Assembly (NCBI RefSeq): GCF_009834535.1
Contig: NC_045696.1
Coordinates: forward strand, 41,356,001-41,420,000
Reading direction: 5' to 3'
From: Camelus ferus
Taxonomy: Eukaryota
DNA: 64,000 nt
Below, piece by piece: positions 39,225 through 52,663 of this stretch. The notes under the pieces were generated by a model. The model was not told where the DNA came from. It made no database searches and worked only from the letters and a program-made list of their open reading frames with translations. A program made the translations under genes and the position numbers. Position 1 is the stretch's first letter. Each line of letters starts with the position of its first letter.

Positions 39225-40080
39225 TGTAAAAGGACTAACAAGGAAAAGACTAGATTGGCAGAAAATATTGCAATACATTTACCTAGTTAAAGGACTTGTA
39301 GCCAGAATATTTAAAAGAATTCTTTCTACTCAATAAGAAAACAAAACATTTAAGAATAAAGGGCAAAAGATTTGAATGGATCCCACACCAAAGGAGATAC
39401 ATGATGGCCAATAAGCATACGGAAAGATGCTCAACCTCAGGTTGTCAGATGTTTTCTGGAAGAAGTCAAACAGTAAATATTTCTGACCTTGCAGGGTAGA
39501 TATTGTCTACCATAGCTGCTCAACTCTGCCACTGCAATACAAGAGTAGCGATAGACATTAGGTAAACAAATGGATGTGTCTGTGTTCCAATCAAACTATA
39601 TTTATAAAAATGGGCAGTTGGCTGGATTTGGTCACCCAGTCATAGTTTACCAACTTCAGGCTAACATCCTTAGCCTTCAGGCAAATACAAGTTAAAACCA
39701 CAGTGAGATACCATACACATAAGAATGGCTAACATTTAAAAGACAGCCAGTAACAAGTGTTAGGCAGAATTTAGAGCAACTGGAGCTCTCATACATTTTG
39801 AGTGTAAATGTTAAAAGTTTCATAAGGTTTCACCACTTGTGAAAACTATTGGTCAATCACCAAATAAGCCATCAGTTTCATTCCTAGGTATTTACCCAGG
39901 AGAAATGAAAATATAAGTCTATGCAAAGACTTGTATGCAGATATTCAAAGCAGCACCAAACTGGAAACAACCCAAATGTCCATCAACAGTTGAATGGATA
40001 AACAAATTATGGCTTACCCATACAATGGGATCTGATTCAGCAACAAAACAGAACAGAACAGCATTTCAACACAGTTGAAT
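39225..40080 (+). mobile_element. Old L1 3' ORF2 region interrupted by MER58A
   Basis: gaaaatattgcaatacat...gggcaaaagatttgaa...ctggaaacaacccaaatgtccatcaacagttgaatggataaacaaattatgg. Confidence 0.8.
39438..39658. mobile_element. MER58A hAT-Charlie MITE
   Basis: cagtaaatatt...ctcaactctgccactg...ctgtgttccaatcaaact...gctggatttgg...catagtttaccaac; about 220 bp. Confidence 0.85.
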
Positions 40081-40484
40081 CTCCCTGGCATGCCATCATG
40101 CCACTGTGGAATGAGCCAAATCTTCCTCATCTCTGTAACCACCTTATACAGACTCTCCTTCTGATGGAAGGTCATTCAAGCATCTTGCCATTACAGCACT
40201 GGTAAAAGTAGTTTTAATAGTGCCTAATATTATTATTTACCACTCACCAAATGGTACATATATAAAATCAGTAAGTCCTTTTCAGGCATTATTATGCCCC
40301 AAGAACTGAAAATTCTAAGTTTCAAGTGTATTCCATGTTCTTCTTGGACAGTTGGCTTGCAAGTGGAAACAATTCAATGCTTTTATGATCAGAGCACCCC
40401 AATAAGGAGCTATTAAGATGCCACACCTGAAGTTTACGTATGAAGCAGGGTAGTGACTATCTGACAACACATTCAAAAGTTTCC

Positions 40485-40518
40485 AAAAGAAAAAGAAAGA
40501 AAGAAAGAAAGAAAGAAA
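40485..40518. repeat. (GAAA)n microsatellite
   Basis: Direct reading. Confidence 0.9.
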
Positions 40519-41172
40519 CCATAGCCAATGGCACAGACTGTATTTAGTCGAACTGTAATGCTAAGTTATACAAACTATAATTTTAACATAGGGCTTGTCA
40601 ATAACTTAACATTCAGTTTAATCCTTAGGGACTCAAAAAGATATCATGTAACATAGTGGGGTGCAAATGACTCCCCCTGGCCTGGTACCATGATTCAAGG
40701 AAAGGCATTAGAAGTAGAAAGAAACTCACATGGAATTTCATTTATTTTCCTGTGATGGCCTTAGGGTAAAGGGAGTGACCAAGGCAATTTGACAGTTATC
40801 TTCAGTTGTTCCTGATCCTTCCACAGAGATGTATAGTCAATAGTCTATAACATGGTTTTTTCTTATCAATAACAACCACAGAAACCACCACCTGAAAGCC
40901 AGTGATACAACTAGAAATTTTCCATAATAAGAAAAGCCTGGCAGCTTCCATTAACTATTTTTAGAATGAAGACTAAATGTTGCTATTAATCAAATAATAT
41001 TGGGTATTATAAAAACTACTTCTGCAAATGCTGTAATGGCAAGATGCGTGAACGAACTTCCACCAGAAGGAAAGTCTGTGCAAGGTGGTTACGGAGATAA
41101 GGAAAGTCCAGGCCCATCCTGCAGCGCACGATGGCTTGCCAGACAAGATAGGTGGAAGGAATTAAATTGTTT

Positions 41173-41204
41173 TGGTGATGATGGTGGTGGTGGTGGTGGT
41201 GGTG
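41173..41204. repeat. (TGA)/(TGG)n microsatellite
   Basis: Direct reading. Confidence 0.9.
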
Positions 41205-42108
41205 TGTATGCAGAATTATAATTAAAAACACTCACAGAATAATACTAGACAAAATCCTTTTAAAATTTCAAATTCTTATATTCTAACTATCAATCCCATA
41301 TGGCTCATGGTACCCTGGCTCTCTGGATCTCCAGATTCGGAATTTTCCTCAAAATCCCACAGATCCTCTATCACTCTCTTCCCAACCCTTCACCAAGGCC
41401 CAATAGACAATTTCTGAGAACTTGCAAAGAGCTAGTCTGTAGTAAACACAAGCAGCTCTACAATGTGTCTTCCAGAAACAGGGATCCCACTGACAGTTAA
41501 GTTGCACATTGCAAAACTCTAAATGGCCCCATTCACACCATCTTTTATTTATGGCTCTATATAGCAACCACGTTCACCAAGACCACACAAAAATAATTGC
41601 TACTTATAATAATGGGCAATTTGATACGAGTAACTAGACTGAAACTCTCTATTCTCTTCCCATACGGCCTCTCGCTGCTTGCACCCACCCTGCCTTCCTG
41701 CTTCCATGCCTTTGATTTCTAGCTTCCCTGCCTTCCGATTCTGCTGTCACTGGTGATGAGGGGCTTTGGGTGGCAGGTTGCCTGGTGTAAGGAGGATAGG
41801 GACTCAGCTACAAACACTTTGGCCATTGTGCTCCCTACATTACAAATGTAATTACTTCACCAAAAATACACAATTCAGGTGATGAATCAGGGATCTAAAT
41901 AAGAACAGTAGAGGAAAAGAGATTCTGAGTATTCAGGAAATCATGAATTAATAGCACACAGCTTTAGAGGTGAACAGAAGACATCCCGTCTTGTGCGTCT
42001 TATAATATAAGAAAACACATAATAAATAAAAGAATATGTAAGAGGAATATCTGAAAAATCTGAAAAAATCCTAATTAAAATAATTTACATATATATAAAG
42101 AAAGATTC

Positions 42109-42256
42109 TTTTAGTTTGTTTTAGGAGGGAGGTAATTAGGTTTATTTATTTATTTAAAAATCAATTTTTTTTTTTTTAAAACAGAGGTACTGGAGATTGA
42201 ACCCAGGACCTTGTGCATTCGAAGCACATACTCTACCACGGAGCTACACCTTCCCC
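42109..42256 (-). mobile_element. tRNA-Ala-derived SINE (Vic-1 type)
   Basis: ggaggtaattaggtttatttatt...gaggtactggagattgaacccaggacc...ctctaccacggagctacaccttcccc. Confidence 0.87.
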
Positions 42257-43561
42257 ACTTCCAAGATCATTTAAATCTAAGGAAAAATGGCATTTAAAAA
42301 AAAAAGTACAGAAAGAGTTGTGGTTAAAATCCCATAATCCACACAGACAGTTGCCAAAGGCAGAGAATGGGTGACTTTAGATAAAACTCAGTTTGACTTT
42401 ACGCATACATGATCAGTGTTAGCAGGAAGCTCAAACCAGAGCCTCCCGTGACCTCTGCTTCAGCTCAAGCAGAATAGCCTGTCCCCTCTTCAGTGACTTG
42501 TGGCCAGTCTGCTGGCTGCAGGACATGTTCCCACATGCAGCATGTGCTCCCAGAGTTTAGGAAATAAAAGGTCCCGCTCACCTGGAGAGCTCCCCTCATA
42601 AGACACACCGGACAATTCTCATAGAGCTACAACTTGCCAGGAGTCAACTAGTTAACTTTTTATGAGGACATCATGGTCATCAAATTCACAGAGGATATTT
42701 GCTATTGAATTAAAGAAATGCCATTTTGCCAAAAATCTGAGTAGAAAAATGTTCTCTTCCTCCGGGGGCCCTTTATATCTGTTTGCCCAGCTGTTTGTAT
42801 AAGTGAGTTCCATGTCAGCCAAAACAACCAGTTTCCACCTTGGTCAGAATTCCCAGTGTCCTGATTCCTCGGGCCAGTACTTCACCGTCTGGTGACTTTG
42901 GATGACTGAATGAGACAGACTGGACCTGCCAATGTTGACATTTCAGCACCAGTTGGCGGGGCTAACAGTTTTACCAAAAGGGCAAAAACTTCACTACCTG
43001 CTTTATAACCCAACCAACAGCCAAACAGGAAAATTACTTTCTGCTAGACTGCCTCCTAAGTCAACAGCTTCTCATCCTTCAGAATACTTTCATCCCAAGA
43101 CATATACAGTTGTCACTTGCATACACTCCCTTGATCTAATTCTCCCCAAATTAGTCTTTAAAGTCTGGAGTATGCTGGGTTTTTTTCCAGGGGGTGGGTG
43201 GGAGGGGCAGTCACAGTGCAATCAATAACACTAGTATTTACTATAAGGGAAGAGGGGCGGTGCCATGGTTCACTTCAAACAACTGAAAAAATCAAAATGA
43301 AATCTATGACTTTGGGGAATTTGAGGAATAAGGATTTCTTTTCTCAACTGCTTTTCATTTTATCCATTCATTCACTACAAGGTCCTAGGCATTAGTGATA
43401 CCAATTCAAATATGACCTGTCTGATCACAAAGATTGTGGATTCTAGTAAACTAGGCAGATGAATAAGTCAACTATTTCAGTGCAGCATGATTAGAACAAT
43501 TTGCACAATACAGCTACGGTCAAGGGGCTCTAGGTCTCATGGAAGGGGGATGAAAGGATAT

Positions 43562-43767
43562 ATAACCTCTAAGGAAAAAGAATAGGAAAACGAACATATG
43601 TATGTATATGTATGACTGAAGCATTGTGCAGTACACCAGAAATTGACACAACATTGTAAACTGACTATACTTCAATTTAAACATAAAGCAAAATAAAGAG
43701 AGGGCCTTGTGTGACTGCGCAAGTCATATATATCCATGAGGCCAGCCCTAAATGTGAAGAAAAAAAA
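43562..43767 (+). mobile_element. Very short young L1 3' end with a probable 3'-transduced segment
   Basis: L1 3'UTR to ~43697, ~60 bp of non-L1 sequence, second A-run, then TSD gaa(a/g)ggatatat at 43552-43563 and 43768-43779. Confidence 0.75.
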
Positions 43768-44133
43768 GAAGGGATATATTTAAAAAAGGGTCCCTTTAAG
43801 TTTGTTTAACTAGTCACAGAAATAGGTTTTATGCCATGAGGCTATGTCAAATGCAGATAAGAAAGTAGATCTCAAAATCTATTTTGTAATACTTTTTCGT
43901 ACTGCTTTAGACAACTGGTAGATTCTTAGTAATTATTATTTTTCAATACATGTAAAGAAAAAGAAGAAATCAAACAGGCTAAGGGATTTAACAAAATTCA
44001 GGTCCTTTCTCTTTTCTTTTTCTGCTTGATTTTCATGAAAATCCTAGAGGTGATTTGCTTACATTGTCTTGCTGTTTAAAGTAAGGAATGGTAACAGTAG
44101 GCCCTCCTAATAGAAGGGAAGATAGGTTCCATG

Positions 44134-44322
44134 CCAGGGTTCTTAAAGAGGGGTCCCCCCAATTACATCATCAGGGATCACCTGGGAACTTGTTATAAAT
44201 ACACATTCTCAGGCCCCACTCCAGACCTTCCTGACTCAGAAACTTGAGGGTAGGGCAGTAACCTGTATTTCAACAAGCTGTTTGGGTTATTCTAATGCAT
44301 ACTCAAGTTCGAAGAACCATCA
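44134..44322. mobile_element. MER5A MITE
   Basis: atcacctgggaacttgttataaatacacattctcaggccccactccagacc...gtatttcaacaagc...ttctaatgcatactcaagtt. Confidence 0.85.
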
Positions 44323-44644
44323 CTCTTTGCATCAGAACGAAAATTAATGGGCCCAATGTCTTTTGAAAGCAATTTACAGATATGCAATACAGTGTGAAAG
44401 AAAAAGGACCTCACCCACAGCCCTGTTAAATTTCCTGTCATGAAAATTTTACATAGGTTTTGATCTTTGAAAGAACTCTGAATTATAGTTTTCTAGAATT
44501 ATAATTGTTGGAGACACAAAACATTAAACGTTAGGAAAACAGTAAAATGTTCTTAACTGCTAGTAAAATTTCTCTGACTTATAGCACCAATTATGTGTCT
44601 TTAAATCTAACCATTATTTAGAGGCTTAAAATGTTAACTCATCT

Positions 44645-45280
44645 TTGCTTCTATTATTAAAAATTTCAAACGTAAGAAAAGTTGTAAGAATTGTGCAGTG
44701 CACCCACATAGAGACACCACTAAGAGTCAATGATCAATATTATACTATATTTGTTCTAATGCGTATTTTTTCATTTCACCATCCTTTTATCCATCCATCA
44801 ATCCATCTAGTTTTTCAATGAATTTCAAAGTAGGTTGCACTTTAGTATTCTTCACTCCTAAACACTTCAGTATGCATATTATTAAGTAGAGTTCAATATT
44901 TATATTTTTCTTCTGAGATAAAATTTACATATAAATGAAATACATAAATCTTAACTATACATTGCTGATTTTTTTCAAATGCCATCTATATAAACCCAAA
45001 CCTGTATCAAGATTTAGAATACTACCGTCAACTCAGAAAGTTTCCTCACATCTTTTGACAGTCCATTCCCACTCCATCCTCCTAGAAACAACCATTGTTC
45101 TGATCTTTACTACCACTGTAGATTAGTTCTGCCTGTTCTAGACTTCAATTAAATAGAATCATGCAATATGTGCTGTTTCATGTAAGGCTTCTTGCACTCA
45201 ATGTAATTCTTTGGAGATTTATCAGTTGTGTTGCATGTATCAATAGTTTTTGTTGTTATTTTCACTGAGTAGTATTCAGA
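44645..45280 (-). mobile_element. Old L1 (L1MD/ME-type) 3' end
   Basis: aaaatttcaaacgtaagaaaagttg...aaccattgttctgatc...tagattagttctgcctgttctaga...gttgcatgtatcaatagtt. Confidence 0.75.
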
Positions 45281-46869
45281 TAATGATAAAAACCAACATT
45301 TTTACATCTTCTGGTGCTTCACAGGGTATCAATATCTTGATTTACTGATTTTTTTAAAAAAATGTTCATTATACTTTAATAAAATTTTATCTAAGAACAA
45401 AGGAAAATAAATATATGTACATATATACATACATATGTGTATAGATATACACATATTTTTTTCTTTCCAAGAATATACATTATGCTATTTACCAGGTAAA
45501 CCAAACTATAAACTCTCTGATTTACGAAAGACACCGTAATTATAAGACTTACATAAATGTTCAGTGGTAAATACAGACAGAACTATGTGATGATTTCATC
45601 TCCACTGGAAGGCTAAGAACTGGTCACTGATACTCAAGTTCCCTGATAATCTTTCCGCTCACTCCCAGCAAAGTGGAACATCAGGTACAAGTGAGTCACT
45701 TTGACAACAATATTGACTTTCTATGTCTATGAATGATTTTCACTAAGAAGAAACCAGATAAACTTAAACCTGTGTCATAAGGGAAAAAAACTGCTTATCC
45801 TGCAATCTCAAAATGATCAAGTATCAAAAACCAAAAAAGCTGTCATTCAAGCTGATTAATATCATTGCGTTTGGTCAATTTTTCCATCAGGACCAATATT
45901 TCTTATTCTTTTTGTCTCTTAATAACTCTAATATGGACACACGTGAATTCCACTGTCCAAGTAGAAGTTGAATTTAATCAAAGAGCTTCTTTCTAGAACA
46001 AAGCAGAAAATGCACAACTTCTAGCAGCAGTATTAGAAATCCTGCACAGTACAAGATTATGTATCTCTTGTTGAAACATTGCTTGATGGAGCAGATTAGT
46101 GACACTTTTTGTAAAAATGAAAAATTTGCCATCTTGTAAGAAGCCATTGAACAGTAACAAAACTTTCTGACATCTTTCTGGCATCCATTCATTTATGCTA
46201 AGTCCTACAAATAAAAACACGAGATGGAGCTGGGACAAACTGTTTCATCCGCCATCACTGTTTAGACACTTGGAATCTTCAGGAACTGTTTGTAACTTTG
46301 TCCAGTTAATAAATACCCCGTGCTGATGATACGCAGCTGCTTATTTTAAGATCTCACGGCATTGAAAGCCTTCCATGGGCTAGAGGAAAATGACTAAAGC
46401 ATCATGAGGGTGCGATCAGGTGGCATCATGTCTTAAGGTGGGGGCCGTGAGACTGAGGAGGCTCTAGGAAGGACAGCCTGCTAACAACCCCATAGTGGGG
46501 CATCACACTTCAATATGTTGTGGAAGAAACTGAAGGGGTTCTGGTATCAACGCTGCCTTTCTGTGTTTGACCTAGGTCACCTTCTTCTCCAAGGCTCATT
46601 TTCCTCCTCTGTAGAATGAACTGGAGAAGTCAAATTCATTCTCAGTCTCACATTCAAGGATGTCTCTAATATCTCATCTAGACAAAATACTCTTCCTATT
46701 AAAATGCAGGAAAATAATTCAGAAAATCAACTTGTGTATAAAAACACTATCCTAATAATTTCCAGATAATATTTATTTTTCACATGACTTCCAAAATGTA
46801 CCTCAAATTTGAAATAGAGGGTAGATATTCTCATAGGCATATGGAAAGAATGTGTGTTACCATTGCATA

Positions 46870-47430
46870 TAATTTTTAAGAGCTTTTATGAGGCGTAATC
46901 ACACACCATAAAATTCACCTACTGTAAGTATACAGTTTAAATGTATACTATATTTGGCAATCTTCTAGAATTTGAGTCCCCCACAATTTTCATCACTCTA
47001 AAACATTTCCCTGTATCCATTATAGTCAATAACTTCTCCCATCCTTAGCTGCACCCAACCACTGGCCTGCTTTTTGCTTTTCTGGTAATTTAATATAAAT
47101 GCAATCCTTTGTAATCTTTTGTCTGGCTTCTTTCACTTAGCATAATGTTTATGAGATGCATCCATCCATGTTGTATTGTTCATTCCTTTTAATTGCTGGT
47201 AGCATTTCATTTTATGGATCACATTTGTTTATCCATTTCTTCAGCTTGATGGATATTTGAATTGTTTCCAGGTTGGGTTACTAGGAATAATGCTGCCACT
47301 ATGAATAAGGCTACAAGTCTTTGTGTGGACATATGTTTTTATTTTTCTTGGGAAATAACTATGTAGAAAATAGCTGGGCAACATGGTAACTTTGATGTTT
47401 AACTTTTTAACAGACTGACAAACTTTTCCA
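46870..47430 (-). mobile_element. Old L1 (L1MB/MC-type) 3' end
   Basis: cataaaattcacc...gtctggcttctttcacttagcataatgttt...ttgtttccaggtt...acaagtctttgtgtggacatatgtttt. Confidence 0.8.
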
Positions 47431-47720
47431 TTTTTTTAAAGTTTTTTTAACTGAAATATAGTTGATGTACATTAAATAAGTTACAGGTGTACAACATAGT
47501 GATTTATAATTTTTAAAGTGTATGCTCCATTTATAGTTATTATAAAATATTGGCTGCATTCCCCATGTTGTACAATATATCCCTGTAGCTTCTCCTATAC
47601 ATAATAGTTTGTACCTCTTAATCCACTACCCCTACATTGCCCTTCCCTCCTCCCTCTCCCCACTGGTAACCACTAGTTTGTTCTCTATATTGGTGAATCT
47701 CTTTCTTTGTTATTATATTA
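47431..47720 (-). mobile_element. Younger L1 3' end
   Basis: tttttaactgaaatatagttgatgtac...caggtgtacaacatagtgatt...ccccactggtaaccactagtttgttctctatat. Confidence 0.85.
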
Positions 47721-50654
47721 ATTTTTAAGATAATGAATATTACTCTTGCTTGAGGACACTAGATTGTGAACATCCAAAAAATGAGCTATATTATTTTATC
47801 ACTACCACTAAATAAACATATGTTGCATAACAAAATTAATAATTTTAAACTCTGGGATTTCTCCTTAGTCATTAATGAGGACAAGACCGCTCATCATGTT
47901 ACAATAATTTTTTTAAAATAGTGTAACTCCAATTTATCCGTAAAGCAAGAAATAAGCTTTCTGCAGAGCAGTACAATGGTCATTGATATTCTTAGCGATG
48001 ATTACTATGCAGGGTAAATTACCCAGATGTCTGCTCAATCTCTAGTCATTCCAGGTTTAAGAATATTTTAGACTATACTAATTCTGTGAATATTTGTTCA
48101 CCAGAGAATTAACCACTTCTGGAAGGGTTAATTTTACTATTATTTACACCTAAAATTAAAGTGAAATTTGATACAAACTTTCGCCCTGTGAACCAAATGA
48201 CTTAGGTTCTTCTGACTATGTAAATAAATAGCTATCTATGGTGACTTGGGATTTATTGCTATTTTAATAATATTTGTCATTGCTTCTTTCTCAATGAACT
48301 AAAATTCAAACAGAATTAGACATTTTTGAATGCCTAAAATGTTTTTCAATATGGAAAGGATACTGAAATTTCTGGTCATATCTCTTATGTATATATATCT
48401 CATTATTAACTTCTCTGACAGTTTTGTGACTAATATAGCACTTGAACTTTTCTAGGTGAGGGGGAAAAAGCCAAGATGGCTTGGTATCATTGCTTAGTGA
48501 TCTGACATTATTAAAATTTCCAAGCCTGTATGGTGGATGTGACTCAAGCTTAAGACTAGGTATGTAAAATAGAATTTTATAACATTTATAAAATGTTAGG
48601 AAAATCTACCCAAATAAACTATTCAGGGGGAAAAAATCTTCTTGACTTAAAATTGCAGAAATAGGAAAGAAGCCTTCCTCATAACTCTTTTTTTATGTGA
48701 CAAAATTAGGGTTTTGTTTTTTTTTTTTTTCTTTTCCTTGTTATTTATAACTTAGGAGCCGAGGTGAATTGTCCCCTCTCTATTCCAAATTCTAAACTAC
48801 AAAATGAAGAAATGAGTTTGCCCTTTGAGTATTCCAAATATTATTCATGGGAGGTTACTCTTTAAATACTGAAGATGTGAATAATTCTAGTCATCATGGT
48901 CACACCATTGCCTGGTGTGGGATGAATTAACTTAAGTTGTAAGGGAAGCAGAAGAAGAGAGGCCAGGGGACATAATGAGGGACCAAAGTAAGTTGAAGTT
49001 GAGATAGTAAACTGGTGGGTAACAGAAACTACAAAGCTGAGAAAAAGATAAAGACTATGGGGCAAGACAGCTTACTGGTAGCAGGAAACTGACACAAGGG
49101 AAGACTAGAGTGAAAACCCAGGGTTCGCTGCCGAGATGCCTGGACCTTCCATAGCTCCCAAATTGCTACGACCCAAGGAGGCAACAAGTCCAAAGGATGA
49201 GCAGGAATCAACCAAAGTATCAGTGTGCACACGAAGTGAGGACAGAGGGTGGGAACAGCATTCTCACACAGTCAGAAGCGCAGGAGCAGAGGTGCTGAGG
49301 GCAGAAGTAATTGATGCATTAGAGACCCTAAGGAAGGTCAGTGTGGCTGGGAGGTGATGGGGCAAAGGGATGCAATGAAGCATCAGAGGGCAGATGGGGA
49401 CCCTTTGGGCCACCTTAAAAGATCTATCAGTGTATTCAAAGCAAACCTTAATTATTTTCTCCCACTAAGCTTCACATACACACACATATTTCTGAGAAAT
49501 GACTAATACAAAGTGTAAATATTACACAGGTATATAAATATATCCACATGGTAGAAACTTTCCCTCACATGCCTTAGTGAAAAACAGCAAGATTTGATTT
49601 GATCAGGAAAAATATGCTATTTTTTAATTAAAAAATACCAAAGATATTTTACAACTAGATTACAGTTTAAACAGAATTCAATAAATACAGGTCCCTCCAG
49701 CAAATATTAGATGTGTTATTGAGACCAATGCAGGCAGTTTTGTTTGTGAAACAAGGAAATAAAGTCTTACTTCTTTTTTTAAAAAAATTGATTGTTATTA
49801 ATTCTATTCTTTAGCCAAAAACTAAATGAAAATAAAGCAACCTGACTCTAATTGACTATTGGCAGGGAGAGATGGGGAGTTCAGCTGCTGATCGTTTAAT
49901 GTAATTCTGTCTTTCCCACATCACCCCTCTATTGCGCTGTCCACCCCAGGCTGGTACCACGTTTCCTATTCTTCCTCCTGGAACGTTTGCATCTCTGTTT
50001 CCACCCCACTCCAGTAATAATTCCTGCATTCACTTTTTAACTTGAAAACAATACAAATAATACCCACTTATTTTAATGAAAAAGATGAAAATTAAAAAAT
50101 TAACATTTTGCAGAAGTGTTGCAAAAGAGATAAATTTTTTTTAATTACTCATTACTTAACAGGCAGAGAGGTCTTCAGTAAAGAAAATGCCCTTCCAGAT
50201 ATTTTTCCCAGGTATGATGTACTGACAGTATGCAAAAATAAGGTTATATTCTAAGTGCCATTTTATAACCTGTACTTTCATTAACATAAATACACTTCTG
50301 CATTCTGATTTTTAATGACTATGCTATCTTTTAACCAATTCATAGGGATCTTTCTTTGACAGTAGATAAACTGATACCACATCACCTCAGGGAGTTATCA
50401 GAGTTTAACAATCATCTCAGTAATTTCAATATACAGGAGAGCTTGATCTAAAAAAGTTTTTACAATTAGTTTGAGCCTAGTTTTTCATTACATTTGAGAG
50501 CTGTCATAGTGAATCGATATGACAACTGGATAAACTCACTGTATTGTTTGTGAGATTATTGCTAACATTTTTGACTATGTAAGCACTAATATTTCCATGT
50601 CCTTGAAATTCTTTGCCAGGTCCTATAAGGTGTGGTGCTTTAGGGAAGGAGGCC

Positions 50655-50880
50655 TGAATAGTGGGAAAACACGAGGTTTGGAGCCAGAAAACCTGTGTTC
50701 AAGTCCCAAGTTAAATCCATAATCGCCCTTTTTATATGAATAATTAATGTCTGAATGTCACATTCTTCCCTATAAAATAGGATAATCATACATATCTACC
50801 CTCTCAGAGTTGCTGGTAGGATTCAGTGAAATAGTTTGTGAAAAGCAGTTTCTAAACAGTACAACTCAGTAATAATTGTC
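50655..50880. mobile_element. MIR SINE
   Basis: tttggagccagaaaacctgtgttcaagtccc...ctataaaataggataatc...agagttgctggtaggatt. Confidence 0.7.
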
Positions 50881-51458
50881 ATCAATGAGATGTTATTACT
50901 GGGTTCTTTCAATTTGGATGTACTTTGAATTTTTCAAGTTTCTTGAATTTCAACCAAATATTCATTCTATAAATAAAGATGTGGCATATATGTGATTGTA
51001 AGCTAACAAGGACACTGTCCTTGGCACAAAGAGAATATTCAATAAATATTTTTCAAATGAATGAACAAACACATACAACACTTTAACTAAATAGGAATGC
51101 TAAGATAAACAAATGGATTGTTTGTTTAAAGAAACAAGGAAATGGATTATATTAGAGGATATAGACTTGTAAGAGTTACCAAAACACACAATAACTTCTA
51201 CATAAACATAAAGGAGTAAGACTCAAGCTGAGGTAATTCAAAAGAACACTGACTAATTAGGAGTGAGTGGGTCAGGAATGGTGCCCTATAGAAGAAGCAG
51301 CAACAGAGCCGGGTCTTGAAATGTCAAGAAGGACTTGTCCAGAGAACAGGAGGAAAGGAATTTCAAACTGAAGAACAGTAAAGATGAGTGGGTGTTGATA
51401 TCTGTGATACTCCACCCTACAAGATATTGTATAAGGCATGTGCTGTCAAAATCTCTTG

Positions 51459-52073
51459 TTGTTCATATGTACCCCAGTGTTCACAGCAGCACTGTTTACA
51501 ATAGCCAAGACATGGAAGCAACCTAAAAGTCCATCGACAGATGAATGGATAAAGAAGTTGTGGTATATTTATACAGTGGAATATTATTCAGCCATAAAAA
51601 AGAATAAAATAATGCCATTTGCAGCAACATGGATGAACTAGAGGTTATTATATTAAGTGAAGTAATGCAGACAGAGAAAGACAAATATCATATGATGTTG
51701 TTTATATGTGGAATCTTAAAAAAATACAAATTTTATTTATAAACCAGAAATAGACTCACAGACATAGAAAACAAACTGTTATTATCAAGGGGAAAGGAGG
51801 GGGTATATAGATTAGGAATATGGGATTAACAGATACACATTACTATATATAAAATAGATAAACAACAAGGACTTACTGTATAGCACAGAGAACTATATTT
51901 AATTTCTTGTGATGTGCTGTAATGGAAAAGAAACTGAAAAAATATGTATGTATGTATGCATATGTGTAATTGAATCGCTTTGCTGTTCATATGAAAATAA
52001 CATTGTAAATCAACTACATTTCAATGAAAAAAATCAGAGTTAAAAATTTTAAAAATAAAATAAAATAGAAAAA
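51459..52073 (+). mobile_element. Young 5'-truncated L1 (end of ORF2 plus 3'UTR)
   Basis: Encodes [20 protein letters not shown]...[10 protein letters not shown]...MPFAATWM; A-rich tail; perfect 11-bp TSD aaaatctcttg at 51448-51458 and 52074-52084. Confidence 0.93.
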
Positions 52074-52495
52074 AAAATCTCTTGCTCAACAGTCTTTCCA
52101 TCCACTCTTTAATTTAAAATTAGTAGATCATAAAATCTGACACCATTTTATATCATTCCCACATGGAAACCTTTCTTCTGACTGGGTAGTTTTCTAAGGA
52201 GTCTAGACATCAAAAACTGCATGTACTTAATTTCTGTGGTGTCCAGCCCATTCCAGGCATCTCATACCAGGCATTCACAGTATCATGATGTCCAGCTTCA
52301 TGGAGCTGGGACAACACGGCCTGGGGCCATGACACTGAACCCAACACACTCAGTTTCATCTGTAGATGCAAGAGGTACACCTCTGTCCCCTCTAATGAGC
52401 AGTGGTGGACTGATTCTTAACATTTACATATATAGAGTGTTCGTGGGAGGGCAGCTGAAACTCTGTTTCCCACACTAGCATTGAAACAGTTTCAA

Positions 52496-52663
52496 GGGGG
52501 AGGGTGTAGCTCAGTGCATTCCTAGCATGCATGAGGTCCTGGGTTCAATCTCCAGTATCCCCACTGAAAATAAAGAAATAAACCTAATTATATCCCCACC
52601 AACAAAACATTTTAAAAATTTAAAAAAGAAACGGTGAATGAAAAAATATAAGTTTAAAAAAAG
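52496..52663 (+). mobile_element. tRNA-Ala-derived SINE (Vic-1 type) with a small A-box deletion
   Basis: gggtgtagctcagtg^cattcc...gggttcaatctccagta...aaataaacctaatta; TSD gaaacagtttcaa / ggaacaatttcaa at 52483-52495 and 52664-52676. Confidence 0.87.

Noticed and set aside
41016..41231. ORF with a poly-His run
   Set aside because: Product of the (TGG)n microsatellite
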